From Flectonema sp. DT1601 (taxonomy: Eukaryota): DNA of 64,000 nucleotides. This document shows positions 9,457-19,783 of this stretch, piece after piece. Where the stretch lies: NCBI GenBank assembly GCA_964019425.1, contig OZ025793.1, positions 558,001-622,000 on the forward strand. Reading direction: 5' to 3'. A program made the translations under genes and the position numbers. The notes under the pieces were generated by a model. It saw nothing but the letters and a program-made list of their open reading frames with translations. It had not been told where the DNA came from and ran no database searches. Each line of letters begins with the position of its first letter. Positions within the stretch are counted from its first letter, which is position 1.

Positions 9457-12144
9457 ATGTCATTATCTACCCAACGTCGAAAACGGAGGCGACACCCATG
9501 TACTTATCAGCATAATGTGTGTAGACATAAAACTGATTGTTGGCATATAGACGTTGATGCTGCAATCTGTACATATTGGTTGACCACATCTTGCAAGAAA
9601 GGTGAAGCATGTGAATATGCGCATTCGAAAGACGAAGAAAAACTTAGAAAATGGTGGAAGCGAAGATTCGTTCCTGAAGACAATATCGATAAAGATAGAA
9701 CTTGGTCGAGGGAACTCAATTTAGAAATACTAATTCCGATTAGAGCATTGTTATCCTCAGAGAAACCTCAATTTATTATAAACGTCGATAGGTTGCCGTT
9801 ATGGAGCACTACGACTCCGTTCATTATGAATAATTACAACCACAATCACGACGATGAAATTATATTATTAGTCGTTGAGAAATTATCGTTTTTATCAATT
9901 GAAAATAACAAAATAAACAAAATAAAATTATCAATGCCGAATGAACCAGAGATAGAAATCCCGACATTTATTTTATCATTGGCGTTGAGGGCATTTGAAT
10001 TTACAGATGAGTTTTATTTTGGATACTTGATCAGTTTTTTGAATTCCATATGTATTAATTTCGTTAATTTTTTATCAAAAATACACGAAACAAACCAATA
10101 CACAGATCAATCCATTGCACATCCAAGCGACATTATTTGTTGCTTAAAGGATTCGATCACGAAGGTTATATCAATCCCGGCTGTGTGTGACGCAGTGAAT
10201 AGTTCTTTTGAGGGTGTTTTCCAACCTGATAATGATATAAATAACTTCTTAGAGTCTTCAGATTTACCAAATGATTTGTGTGCTCCTTTCATACCGTCAG
10301 CAGGTATGGATGAGTCAACATGTTTATATAACAAAAGACGAGGAAAGGTAGTTAAAGGCTTATTAAATCTACTAACCGGACACGTTGCGGTTCCTATTGT
10401 GAGATTGTTATTTCCGTCATTTGAAATTTTTGGAAAGGAAGGAATTGTTTTTTTACATCGAAAATTCGTGGACAAAGCCTTAACAAACCTAAATCAACAA
10501 ATACCAAGATATGGCGTACCTCAAGTGGTACAGCAGTTTATGAGGTTACTAAGCCGTGAAGGACTTACCAATGGAGACATTGTCCAGTTCTGTAACAGTT
10601 TAAAGACTACCGTAGGCAGTATGTTTACAACACCTCATTGGTCTGTTAGTTTAGTTAAAACTGTTGTGTCTCAATTTATACCAGAGACATCACCATCATC
10701 TGAATTAGTTGGATTAGATATAACATCAATACTATACAATGGGATTGTAATGGTCTTGACTTGTGATAAGTCAAAACCTGAAATTCCAAAAACGATATCA
10801 CAACGAATCTCTAATGAGCTTCTTTCCGGACCTCCTGTTGGTGAGTTACCTTATGGTCCACAGTTGTATGTAGAGTCTGATATGATTCTTCAAAGTGATA
10901 CGAAGCTCATTTTTTCTGCTCAAAAACGACCCGTTCCAAATTACCAAAACCACACTTCCGAAGGAATTCATCCTTCCCTCATGTCAGAATTTATGTACAC
11001 TATCGGACGGTATCCTCAAATGAAATTAGACTCTGAAGATGGTTTTCTCAGTATGGTATCTCTTAGCGGAGATCCACAAAAAATGGATCACCCGGGAATC
11101 GAACTTCAGAGAGTAATGCTTAGAGCTATAAGCCAGAATGACATAATGCCTCCAACAGTTGTGTCGGTAAATCTAGGATGTGCTATGGCAGGTGTTGGGT
11201 TGCGGACTGGAGACCTTTATTATCTAAAAGAGAAGATTCCCTACATAGACATTGAGGGATTGGAAATATTAAAGCAGGAACCAACTTTAAATATACTCGG
11301 CAGCCTTGCTATTAAAGATGGCAGAGAACGACCTGTTTTGGGATCGCTCGCACCCCACAGATGGTTGAGTAGGGTTTTTTATACAGCTTTTGTTTACTGC
11401 AAGGTCAGCGATCTCATTCACAGCAGTCTGGAGAATACCCAACGAGCCATAGTCACTATTATTAATGCCATACCTGCTGTTGTTGTGGTACTGACAGGAG
11501 GTGAAGCTGCAGAGAGGCTGCGAACTTGCACTGCTTTAGCAGAGCTCCTCACAAAACCAACCTTTCTCGGAGGGCTTGCAGAGGTGTCTACGAATTATAA
11601 AAAAGCTAATTTTTCTGAACCAACGTCATTCTATCCCGGAACTCGTCTTCCGAAACCCGTCAAACCAGTTGCCACTGTGGGGGGTTATTTTGATATCGAC
11701 ACAAACTTCGAAGTTTTCTGTCCAGTTCGAAACCCGCCGAGACCGCTTCATGGCAATGGTCCCACCTCTGGTCTGTATTACTTAGAACGTGAACTGAGTG
11801 TTGGTGGAACAATTACTTTAAATAGAAATGTAAATAGTGAACTGTCTGTTCATTCAAACCTGTTTCAGTTAGTGTTGATATGTTGGAAGTTAATTCAACG
11901 AGAATTATTTAACGTTGGGTTAATAAGGAATACAGTAGTAAAGATATCAGACATTTTTAATCGTCACCTTATGACTTCCCCTTTAGAAACAAGTTGCTTC
12001 AAGACTATATCAATTGCTTCATGTAAATTGGTGTTGGAAAGTTGGTCGAAAAGAAATAATAATCTCATTAAGATGATTAATGATATGATTGACGATGATG
12101 ACTCAAATGCATGTGAATCTTGCAAATTGATTCTAGAACTGTAA
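9457..12144 (+). CDS. CCCH zinc-finger protein with a large unrecognised C-terminal region
   Basis: Two N-terminal CCCH-like fingers (CTYQHNVCRHKTDCWH; CTYWLTTSCKKGEACEYAH) after a basic NLS-like RRKRRR. Confidence 0.75.
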   Translation: MSLSTQRRKRRRHPCTYQHNVCRHKTDCWHIDVDAAICTYWLTTSCKKGEACEYAHSKDEEKLRKWWKRRFVPEDNIDKDRTWSRELNLEILIPIRALLSSEKPQFIINVDRLPLWSTTTPFIMNNYNHNHDDEIILLVVEKLSFLSIENNKINKIKLSMPNEPEIEIPTFILSLALRAFEFTDEFYFGYLISFLNSICINFVNFLSKIHETNQYTDQSIAHPSDIICCLKDSITKVISIPAVCDAVNSSFEGVFQPDNDINNFLESSDLPNDLCAPFIPSAGMDESTCLYNKRRGKVVKGLLNLLTGHVAVPIVRLLFPSFEIFGKEGIVFLHRKFVDKALTNLNQQIPRYGVPQVVQQFMRLLSREGLTNGDIVQFCNSLKTTVGSMFTTPHWSVSLVKTVVSQFIPETSPSSELVGLDITSILYNGIVMVLTCDKSKPEIPKTISQRISNELLSGPPVGELPYGPQLYVESDMILQSDTKLIFSAQKRPVPNYQNHTSEGIHPSLMSEFMYTIGRYPQMKLDSEDGFLSMVSLSGDPQKMDHPGIELQRVMLRAISQNDIMPPTVVSVNLGCAMAGVGLRTGDLYYLKEKIPYIDIEGLEILKQEPTLNILGSLAIKDGRERPVLGSLAPHRWLSRVFYTAFVYCKVSDLIHSSLENTQRAIVTIINAIPAVVVVLTGGEAAERLRTCTALAELLTKPTFLGGLAEVSTNYKKANFSEPTSFYPGTRLPKPVKPVATVGGYFDIDTNFEVFCPVRNPPRPLHGNGPTSGLYYLERELSVGGTITLNRNVNSELSVHSNLFQLVLICWKLIQRELFNVGLIRNTVVKISDIFNRHLMTSPLETSCFKTISIASCKLVLESWSKRNNNLIKMINDMIDDDDSNACESCKLILEL

Positions 12145-12375
12145 TTTAGAAGAAATGAAACACGAATTTCTCGGTTCGTGGCGTTCACAAAAAGAAGTAA
12201 TTTTCATGTTTATCATCGAATAGATTTAGTTCATTTATTTTTTTAGGTTTCAATAACAAAGTAATGGGGTAGATAAACTGTCTTTCATCATCCACTTTAT
12301 GATTGCTCATTGTATCATGTATTTCATTCTTCAGATTGAGTTTTTGTGGGGTTTGGTCCCCCCACATAATTAAAT

Positions 12376-14755
12376 ATGCCAAACACATATGTCACTCCGT
12401 GGTCGAATCCAACTACCAACCACAGTTGGTATATCGCACCATCAGATGATAAGAGAGACTACCAGTTAACGAGAAAGTATGTTTTTTTTTTTTAATTTTT
12501 TTGCATCCCACACTTTTGTAATGAAGGAATATAACATAATTGACCCGATAGGTCACAGTTCGCAATTCCGTTCTCCGTTTTTTTTGCCCTTCGTTTTCTT
12601 CCCTTTTCCTTTTCTCTCGTTGCTGAAACTAAACCAAACCAACTTCATACTTTTGGGTTAAATCGGTCTCAGCGACTGCGAAAAAGCAAAAATGACGGCT
12701 AAGAAAGCAGCAACAAAGAACAGTAAGAGGAGTCTCGATTCCGATTCCGACTCGTATACCACACGATATACAACAACCGACACGGCGGCACATCCATCAA
12801 GTTTGGGTTCATTGCCCCCCCCCGCTTCACGGGGATCCCTCATCCGGGGGTGACCATGAAAGTCACAAAGGAACTGTGGATACTCGATGCGGAACAATTG
12901 AAGGCATTAAACTCTTTTCTGCAGTCTCAACGACGGCAATAGTTCCGCATCGAGTATCCGCATGGTTAGGATATTTATATCCAGGCCCAGACCACGAGGC
13001 TCTTTTAGCAACGCTAAGATCGAATTACCCCACCAAGTTCACGAATCCTCGTCAGGATTCGAACAACACCAATAGGCTTCGAACTCTATTCCAGGTTTGG
13101 AGGAGCCGTATTGCTCTCTCAACGACTAGGCTTGCAGTCTGTCCATCAACATCTGGTGGCCCTCTTGTACTAATTTCGGGTCGGCTGCTTGGCCGCCTTC
13201 TGCTAAACTGCGCACTAATTCTTCTGTGGCTGCGGTTAGCACGCGACGTGTGGTCGCTGTGGAAAAGGAGAAGGCTGGGAGGTCAGGAGTACCTCATATT
13301 GGACGACAAGATCTCGTGACTGCAAAAAAGCAAAAACGTTTTTTGTGTGTCCGTAAAGGGTTTTCTGATTTCCTACTGGCAGCGCCAAGCCCTATCCAAG
13401 TGATTCTTTAACCCTATTATACTTCACTCAGGAATTACCGAATAAGATCAAAGGCTCAATTATATTTTTGTTTTTTTCTCAATCTAAGAAGTATTGTAAT
13501 CAACTAATCCCGTTTGATGATAACCTAACCCTACATTTGTTCAATTGTCGCTTTACGCAATATGAGCGATATTCAATTCTGACTTCCCACTGATGGGTAT
13601 CTCATTTCGATCTTTGTAATAATCTCGTGGGGAAGTATCCTGAATTGTTTCGTGGTCGTTCTTGCCTTCGTTGGCAGCGTCGCCGCGAACCTGACCTTCG
13701 ACACCCGTTTAATGATAACCTAACCCTACATTTGTTCAATTGTCGCTTTACGCAATATGAGCGATATTCAATTCTGACTTCCCACTGATGGGTATCTCAT
13801 TTCGATCTTTGTAATAATCTCGTGGGGAAGTATCCTGAATTGTTTCGTGGTCGTTCTTGCCTTCGTTGGCAGCGTCGCCGCGAACCTGACCTTCGACACC
13901 CGTTTAATGATAACCTAACCCTACATTTGTTCAATTGTCGCTTTACGCAATATGAGCTGATGGGTATTTCGTTTGCCTACTTATGTTGATCTTTGCGAGC
14001 CTGAGCCTAGTTCCGTCAGTCTCTTGCGTCTGTTTTCTTTTCCCTCCTCCTTCTTCCTTCACATTCTTTTCTTTTTCTTTTTTGAAAACTTTCAGTTTGT
14101 CAGATTCAGAAACAAAAAAAAAGTAAAAAAAAAAAGAAGGATAGTTTAAGCAGTTACCAAAGTACAACACCAACAACACCAACACCAAACAACAGGTACC
14201 GTCAGATGATTATTGACAGGCAACTGGTATGGGGAACTCGTTATGCGCCTTCGTGGTCCTATTGGGGTATGTTTTATGTTGTTATTTAGTAGCGACAACA
14301 CACCACCGTGTGCCATATTAAATCAGTCGAATCCATTGTGGTATATAATAGTCTGTTTATCTGTTTTATAAAAAGAAAATATAATTCCAATAGGACCTCC
14401 GGTGACGATTGCTGGAGGGATATCGTATTGGATAGTCGGAAGAGGTATGATGCCGTGGTGGATGGGATTTCAGACTTTCGGAGCAACTTTGTTTGCTGTT
14501 AACTTTTTAATGAGATGGCATCGTGAATTCTATTTCGAATATCAGTTGCATAAGATTCTGACTTGGGGTCAGTTTGAAATCTCACACGGTAAGAGGAGAA
14601 TACTAGGAGAGAAAGATAAGGCACTAACACTCCCAGACCGTAGAACAAAGGATGACTTAGATGCGAATTGGTTTTCAAGATACGGAGAAATCAGGAGACA
14701 AAACGACAACAACGAAATACTCTCCACTACTGATAAAAAGTCATACTTTTACTAA
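12376..14755 (+). CDS. Three-exon small membrane protein (177 aa); exons 12376-12476, 14196-14266, 14394-14755
   Basis: Two GTATGT..AG introns give one continuous frame: MPNTYVTPWSNP..YQLTRK|YRQMIIDRQLVWGTRYAPSWSYWG|PPVTIAGGISYW..KKSYFY. The protein has one or two hydrophobic Trp-rich segments. Confidence 0.75.
12692..13411 (+). pseudogene. Broken ORF nested in the intron (possible mobile-element or gene remnant)
   Basis: The MTAKKAATKNSKRS frame can join the 147-aa ORF 12876-13319 through a shift in the C-run near 12815-12823; GC is higher than in the flanks. Confidence 0.35.
13509..13957. repeat. 195-bp tandem repeat, about 2.3 copies, with a telomere-like motif
   Basis: Units start at 13509, 13704 and 13899 and are nearly identical; each has TAACCTAACCCTA. 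Confidence 0.95.
14267..14393 (+). other. Spliceosomal intron (127 nt, phase 1)
   Basis: GTATGT..CAATAG; in-frame join G|GA. Confidence 0.8.
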
Positions 14756-16198
14756 GAGCGTATTCTGCTATTTTTTTGATCATTCGCACGCTGCTGCTGT
14801 CAGCGTTAATCAGTCCTGTTCGTTGTGGGTTTTATTTTTTTTTTTAAGGGAAAAAAAAAAATGCAAAACATTTAATTAAATAGTGCTTTCCTTTTTTTCT
14901 GTTGTGTTTTTTTTTGCTCTCCCTACCCAGTTTCAGTTATGTTATTATATTGCTAAATTCTAGCAGCCATGAGAGGTTAATGTGCATAACGGCAGAAAAA
15001 AAAAAAGCAAGGAGAGAAAAAAAAATGAAATAAAAAAAAGAGGGCAAAAAAACAAGACAAAACAACGAAAAAAAGAGCTTTATGGGCGAAACTATTCGTC
15101 GAGTTGAAACAAAGAAAACATATACACGTGTTTTGTGTATGCGTGTACTAAGACAAGCTTCACAAAAATATTTTCATTACATTCTTTTTACAAATACAGT
15201 TTACCACCACGGTGAAGATGCATGCATTTTTTGTAGTAACCTATAAGGAGAGACTTATAAAAATGCACCGCATTCTTCACATGTTCATCTAGTCACCTTT
15301 TGTGACACTTCGTCTTGCTAAGGAGGCTTCAGAATGAATTTACGAAAAAAAAAAAAAAAAAAAAATCTTTTTTTTTGTTTTCCTTTTTTATTTTTTCATT
15401 TTGTTTTTTATTTCAATTAAACCCACTTAAAACCAGTTGCGGGTTTTAAGTGGGGTGAAGAAGGAGAAAAAAAAATTTAATTGAAAAAAAAAAAAAAAAA
15501 AAAAAAAAAGGGGACAGCGTTGACATTAGCATGTATTTGCTACTGAGGAGATTGTAAAAGTCTTTTGTAGCCTACGTACTGTAGGTAAAAGCAAAAAACA
15601 AAAAAACAAAATCGGGAATGGTTTTCTCCTACCGGGACCACTGGGGTAGAAGAAAATCAATCCTGTGAAAAAAAAAAAAAAAAAAAAAGGGAATTAAGAA
15701 ATGTTAACCCTCATCAAAATTAAACGCAATCGGCGTCTTTTAGAAAGAAATAAGATGCCAGAAAATAATCTTTTCAACGGAAAAAGGTCCTACATTTGTT
15801 TCTTCTTCTTCTTTTTTTTTTTGCGCCTCTGCTTCACTACCCTGTGATGAATTTTCTTTTTCCCCCTTAATCAAATCAACAACGTCTTTTATGTTTATCA
15901 AAAAAACTTTTTGTAGAATCTGTCAGCAGATAATTGAAGGGAGGCGCAAAAAGAAATAATATATTTTTCTTTCTATTTTTGTTTGTTTTCCCCGATTATT
16001 ACTTTCAATCGCATTGTCTTTTAGCTGTGAACTACTTAGATTAGACAATGGTTTTTATAATTTCGTTGTCTAATTAGCTAACTTAATCATTCATAGTAAA
16101 CGTGACTAATGAATGAATACATTGAAATAAGTAAGAGGGGGGAGAGGGGAAATTTTCAAAAAAAAAAAAAAAAAGAAAAAGAAAAAGAACGAAAAAAG

Positions 16199-16229
<31 letters not shown>

Positions 16230-16633
16230 ATTAGACAAAACAGGGTGATATAACTAATATATGACGTGAATAACAAAATGTAGGAATCAACGCATCAATA
16301 AAAAAAAAAAAAAAAAAAAAAAAAAATGATAATAATAACCGTCTTCGACTACGGTCAGTTCTTATTTGAAGCACAAAAACCTACGACGAAAAAAAACATA
16401 ACTGAAAGAACAATTTTTGAATAATTTTTTTTTTTTACGAGTGTCATATCTAGTAGGGGAGTATGTAGTGAATAAAACAAAAATATGATAGCCATTGGAG
16501 CGACAGATCGACGCATTTATTAAGTTATCATTAACTTACTGTGTGAACAATTTATTAAACTATTACTACTTGGCCATCTCGCTAGTATTTTTTGTGGCCG
16601 AACCTCCCAAACTTTTTGAAGTAATATTCAACG

Positions 16634-16664
<31 letters not shown>

Positions 16665-16921
16665 AAAAGAAAAACGAGTGTCTATATGTTTAGCGGGCCC
16701 GTTTCCTGTCTGCTCCCCCCACCCTGCTGTACAACACTCTTTCATCGGCAGTGGTTAGCTTATTTTATTTGATTTTTCATACACACAAAAAAAAAAAAAA
16801 AAAAAAATGACGCATAAGCTGAGAGTATCGGAAGTGATGTATGATGCTAGTTACTTTCACTATGTATTATTATTCAGCCTTTCCCTGAAGAGAGAGGGGG
16901 AAAAAAAAAAAAAAAAAAAAA

Positions 16922-17473
16922 ATGAAACCCAGCATCTCACTACCAGTTATGAAGTCAAAAGTATTACCTTTGGCTATAGTAAAAAGTTTATTCAATGAAA
17001 TAGACAGCAACTCCATACGTGTTGTACTGGAATACGCAGACGTACCCGTATTACAGCACGAGTTTATATTGCGTGATCTATTTACGAAGGTAGTTAGTAA
17101 TTATAAAGCTGAATGTTTAGAAGCACGTTACAGTCTCGATATGTTTATTGAAGAAATATTATTGCCTGATGTTCTAATGTTAATTGAAAACTATGGAACA
17201 AACAAGTGCACAAACTCATCGTTCGCAACGTCCTCAAGTGTGATCCAACATCCACTTTCTGTTATTTTTCGATACAGTCCTCGGCATCCAGATAAACTAT
17301 GTGTTATAAGAAATCTGTTGCAACAACGCAGCAATATTAAAATAAGCGAGTGTAAAATAGATTATGACAGAGTCACATGCCTGGCGCTCTTCTCATACAC
17401 AATAATCCTCCCGCAACATATAACTGAAGAACACCAGGAGGCTCTGTTGAGTTGCAACACCGACCTCTGTTGA
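16922..17473 (+). CDS. Hypothetical protein (183 aa)
   Basis: ORF of ordinary composition on the cluster strand; the start codon is uncertain. Confidence 0.55.
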   Translation: MKPSISLPVMKSKVLPLAIVKSLFNEIDSNSIRVVLEYADVPVLQHEFILRDLFTKVVSNYKAECLEARYSLDMFIEEILLPDVLMLIENYGTNKCTNSSFATSSSVIQHPLSVIFRYSPRHPDKLCVIRNLLQQRSNIKISECKIDYDRVTCLALFSYTIILPQHITEEHQEALLSCNTDLC

Positions 17474-17584
17474 GTAAGTAGTAATTTATTGTATTGATGA
17501 GGGGTTGTTATTGTTGGTTTTGAACAATTATATTATTATTTTGCTTACGAAGGGTAAAAAAAGAAAAAAAAAAAAAAGGAAAAT

Positions 17585-18826
17585 ATGAAAAGCGTCACCA
17601 GAATGGCTCGTTGTGTGAAGTCGACTACAGTTCATAACATCTCGTCACTGTACACAATGGATAGCAATGTTGGAGAAGGAGAGTTGGGACTACTTCGCAA
17701 TGCTGCGATTGCCTTTGAAGGAGAACAAGTAGTCTATGTTGGCCCTACTGAAGGAGCACCTCAATCTGAAGAAATGATAAGCGGTGAGGGTATGGTGGGA
17801 GTTCCTGGTTTAGTTGACTGCCACACACACACTGTATACGCGGGGTCCAGAGCTGATGAGTTCGGTAGGAGGTTAGCAGGTGCTACGTATTCAGAAATAT
17901 TAGAACAGGGCGGTGGCATTTTATCAACGGTCAGATCAACTAGAGAAGCCTCTGAGGAACACCTCACATCTCTGGCACGTGCTAGAGTATACAGAATGCT
18001 TAAGAAGGGAGTCACAACTGTTGAAATTAAAAGTGGATACGGACTGACCCCTCAAGATGAATTAAAGATGTTGAAATCAGCGAAGAACTGCTCTGATATT
18101 GTAAACATTAAAACAACATTTCTTGGAGCTCATACTACACCTGCAGAGTTCAGACAAGATCAGGCAGCATATGTCAACCAAGTTATAAATGAGCAGCTTC
18201 CCTTAGCCGCTCCTTATGCCGACGCAATTGATGTCTTCTGCGACAAGGGAGCATTTACACTGGAAGAAGGGATTAGAATTCTAACTGCGGGAAAGGAACA
18301 TGGATTAAAAATAAAAGCTCATTCAGAACAAATTATCCACACTGGAATATCAAGGGCTGCAGCTAAGTTAGGAGCGATGTCTGTAGACCACTTGGAGAGA
18401 CTCACAGACGAGGATATTTTATCTATGAAGGAAGCAGGTACTGTAGCAGTAGTCTTACCTGGTGCTCAAGTATATCTGAAAGACACGTCTCCACCAGTTG
18501 AAAAACTTCGTGCTGCTGGTGTTCCAATAGCGGTTGCTACGGACTTAAACCCTGGCTCATCACCAGTTCATGATTTGTGGACTTGCGCTACTCTATCGTG
18601 TATCGTTCAGGGTCTCACGATGAATGAAGCACTTCTTGGTATCACAAAATACGCTGGTCAGGCTCTTGGAGAACCAACACTCGGATGGTTAGGCGTCGGC
18701 TCTGCTGCTGACATGTCTCTGCAGCTACCTCCACCAGGTGAGGAACCAATTATGCAAAGTCTTATTCAACACATATCAGGTCATGACACCCCTCTTGTCA
18801 TCAGAGGAGGAGTTCGTGTTGTTTAG
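17585..18826 (+). CDS. hutI: Imidazolonepropionase (amidohydrolase family, histidine catabolism)
   Basis: PGLVDCHTH, GGGILSTVRSTR, GVTTVEIKSGYGL, DVFCDKGAF, SVDHLE, ATDLNPGSSP. Confidence 0.95.
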   Translation: MKSVTRMARCVKSTTVHNISSLYTMDSNVGEGELGLLRNAAIAFEGEQVVYVGPTEGAPQSEEMISGEGMVGVPGLVDCHTHTVYAGSRADEFGRRLAGATYSEILEQGGGILSTVRSTREASEEHLTSLARARVYRMLKKGVTTVEIKSGYGLTPQDELKMLKSAKNCSDIVNIKTTFLGAHTTPAEFRQDQAAYVNQVINEQLPLAAPYADAIDVFCDKGAFTLEEGIRILTAGKEHGLKIKAHSEQIIHTGISRAAAKLGAMSVDHLERLTDEDILSMKEAGTVAVVLPGAQVYLKDTSPPVEKLRAAGVPIAVATDLNPGSSPVHDLWTCATLSCIVQGLTMNEALLGITKYAGQALGEPTLGWLGVGSAADMSLQLPPPGEEPIMQSLIQHISGHDTPLVIRGGVRVV

Positions 18827-19192
18827 GGAGGACCAATGCGTCTTGTCACGACCATTAGAATCATTGCTAAATAGTACCTCTTATCAAAAAAGTTGAACTA
18901 AAAAAACAAACAAACAAACAAATGAACTCAAAAAAAAAAAAAAAAAAGAAGTTACTTTCCATAACGATCAATATTTCTCTCTGAGAATGATTTGAAAAAA
19001 AAAACGCTATTAATTAATATAAACGACACAAAACACAAAACGTAATAGAGCTTCAGCTGCGATTATTCCTTAAATTGTCTTCTATTGTTGCGGTTACTCA
19101 ACATCAGTTTTCATCACAGGCAACCACAGCAATGACTGCCTATCGGTAGATTTAGTCAGTTTTATTTTTATTCAAACAGCCTGCACTTAGAT

Positions 19193-19633
19193 ATGGGTAC
19201 TACCTGTTCTTTGGAGGTAACCTCAATTCCATGGGCCGGCACCAACGGTGATGGTCGTGGTAGTAGCACAAGCGACCAATGGACAGGAATACAACCAGCA
19301 CCTATACAGCCACCACCTGTAATTTATGGAATCAAATCACAGGATGCCTGGCTAAATTGGTGGGATACAGTCTTCGTTCCATGGGAAGAGGAATTCGGAG
19401 AAGAATTCAAGGAAAGACCCGTTTGGAAAGACGCAGAAGTTGGCACCACAAAATGGAAAATGCAATACGAAGTTTGGTGGGAAATTGAATATCGCAGATG
19501 GTGGATCGCTGAGCTGAGAAGAACTAGAAATAATCACGCGGAGATAAGTCAGATAACAATACCCCCTGAGTCACCTACTCTGACATTATCGGTATCCTCA
19601 ATTGGAGAACAGCGTCATCCTGACGGGGAATAA
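19193..19633 (+). CDS. Small Trp-rich hypothetical protein, possibly N-myristoylated/palmitoylated
   Basis: MGTTCS N-terminus; 146-aa ORF preceded by T-rich..CAG. Confidence 0.6.
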   Translation: MGTTCSLEVTSIPWAGTNGDGRGSSTSDQWTGIQPAPIQPPPVIYGIKSQDAWLNWWDTVFVPWEEEFGEEFKERPVWKDAEVGTTKWKMQYEVWWEIEYRRWWIAELRRTRNNHAEISQITIPPESPTLTLSVSSIGEQRHPDGE

Positions 19634-19783
19634 AACACGCAGAGCATCATTAGTTTAGATTTCTTATCCATTCGTTTTTACAAGATCCCTTTCTAGGGAG
19701 TTCCTTATCCACTACAATGTTTTACAAGAGAGTAATGAATTACAATATTTTATTATTCAACAGGTGGGACTACACTCAATGTA

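Larger units (their letters stand above)
12477..14195 (+). other. Large intron (1719 nt) containing a GC-richer insert and a tandem repeat
   Basis: GTATGT+T-run donor and CAACACCAAACAACAG acceptor; the phase-2 join AA|G is in frame. Confidence 0.75.

Noticed and set aside
13408..13422. piggyBac end (TTAA-CCCTA)
   Set aside because: No matching right end downstream; the GGG-TTAA lies upstream, the wrong orientation for one element.
13509..13957. CRISPR array, SL RNA or 5S rRNA repeat
   Set aside because: Units are identical with no unique spacers, and there is no spliced-leader or 5S sequence.
13509..13957. Coding repeat, since the 195-bp period is divisible by 3
   Set aside because: The minus-strand frames I translated stop within each unit and the ORF track lists nothing spanning it.
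16745..16760. tRNA A-box-like GGCAGTGGTTAGC
   Set aside because: No B box or cloverleaf.
19483..19495. 13-nt antisense match between the 195-bp repeat and the Trp-rich ORF (guide-target idea)
   Set aside because: A match of this length is expected by chance in a window this size.
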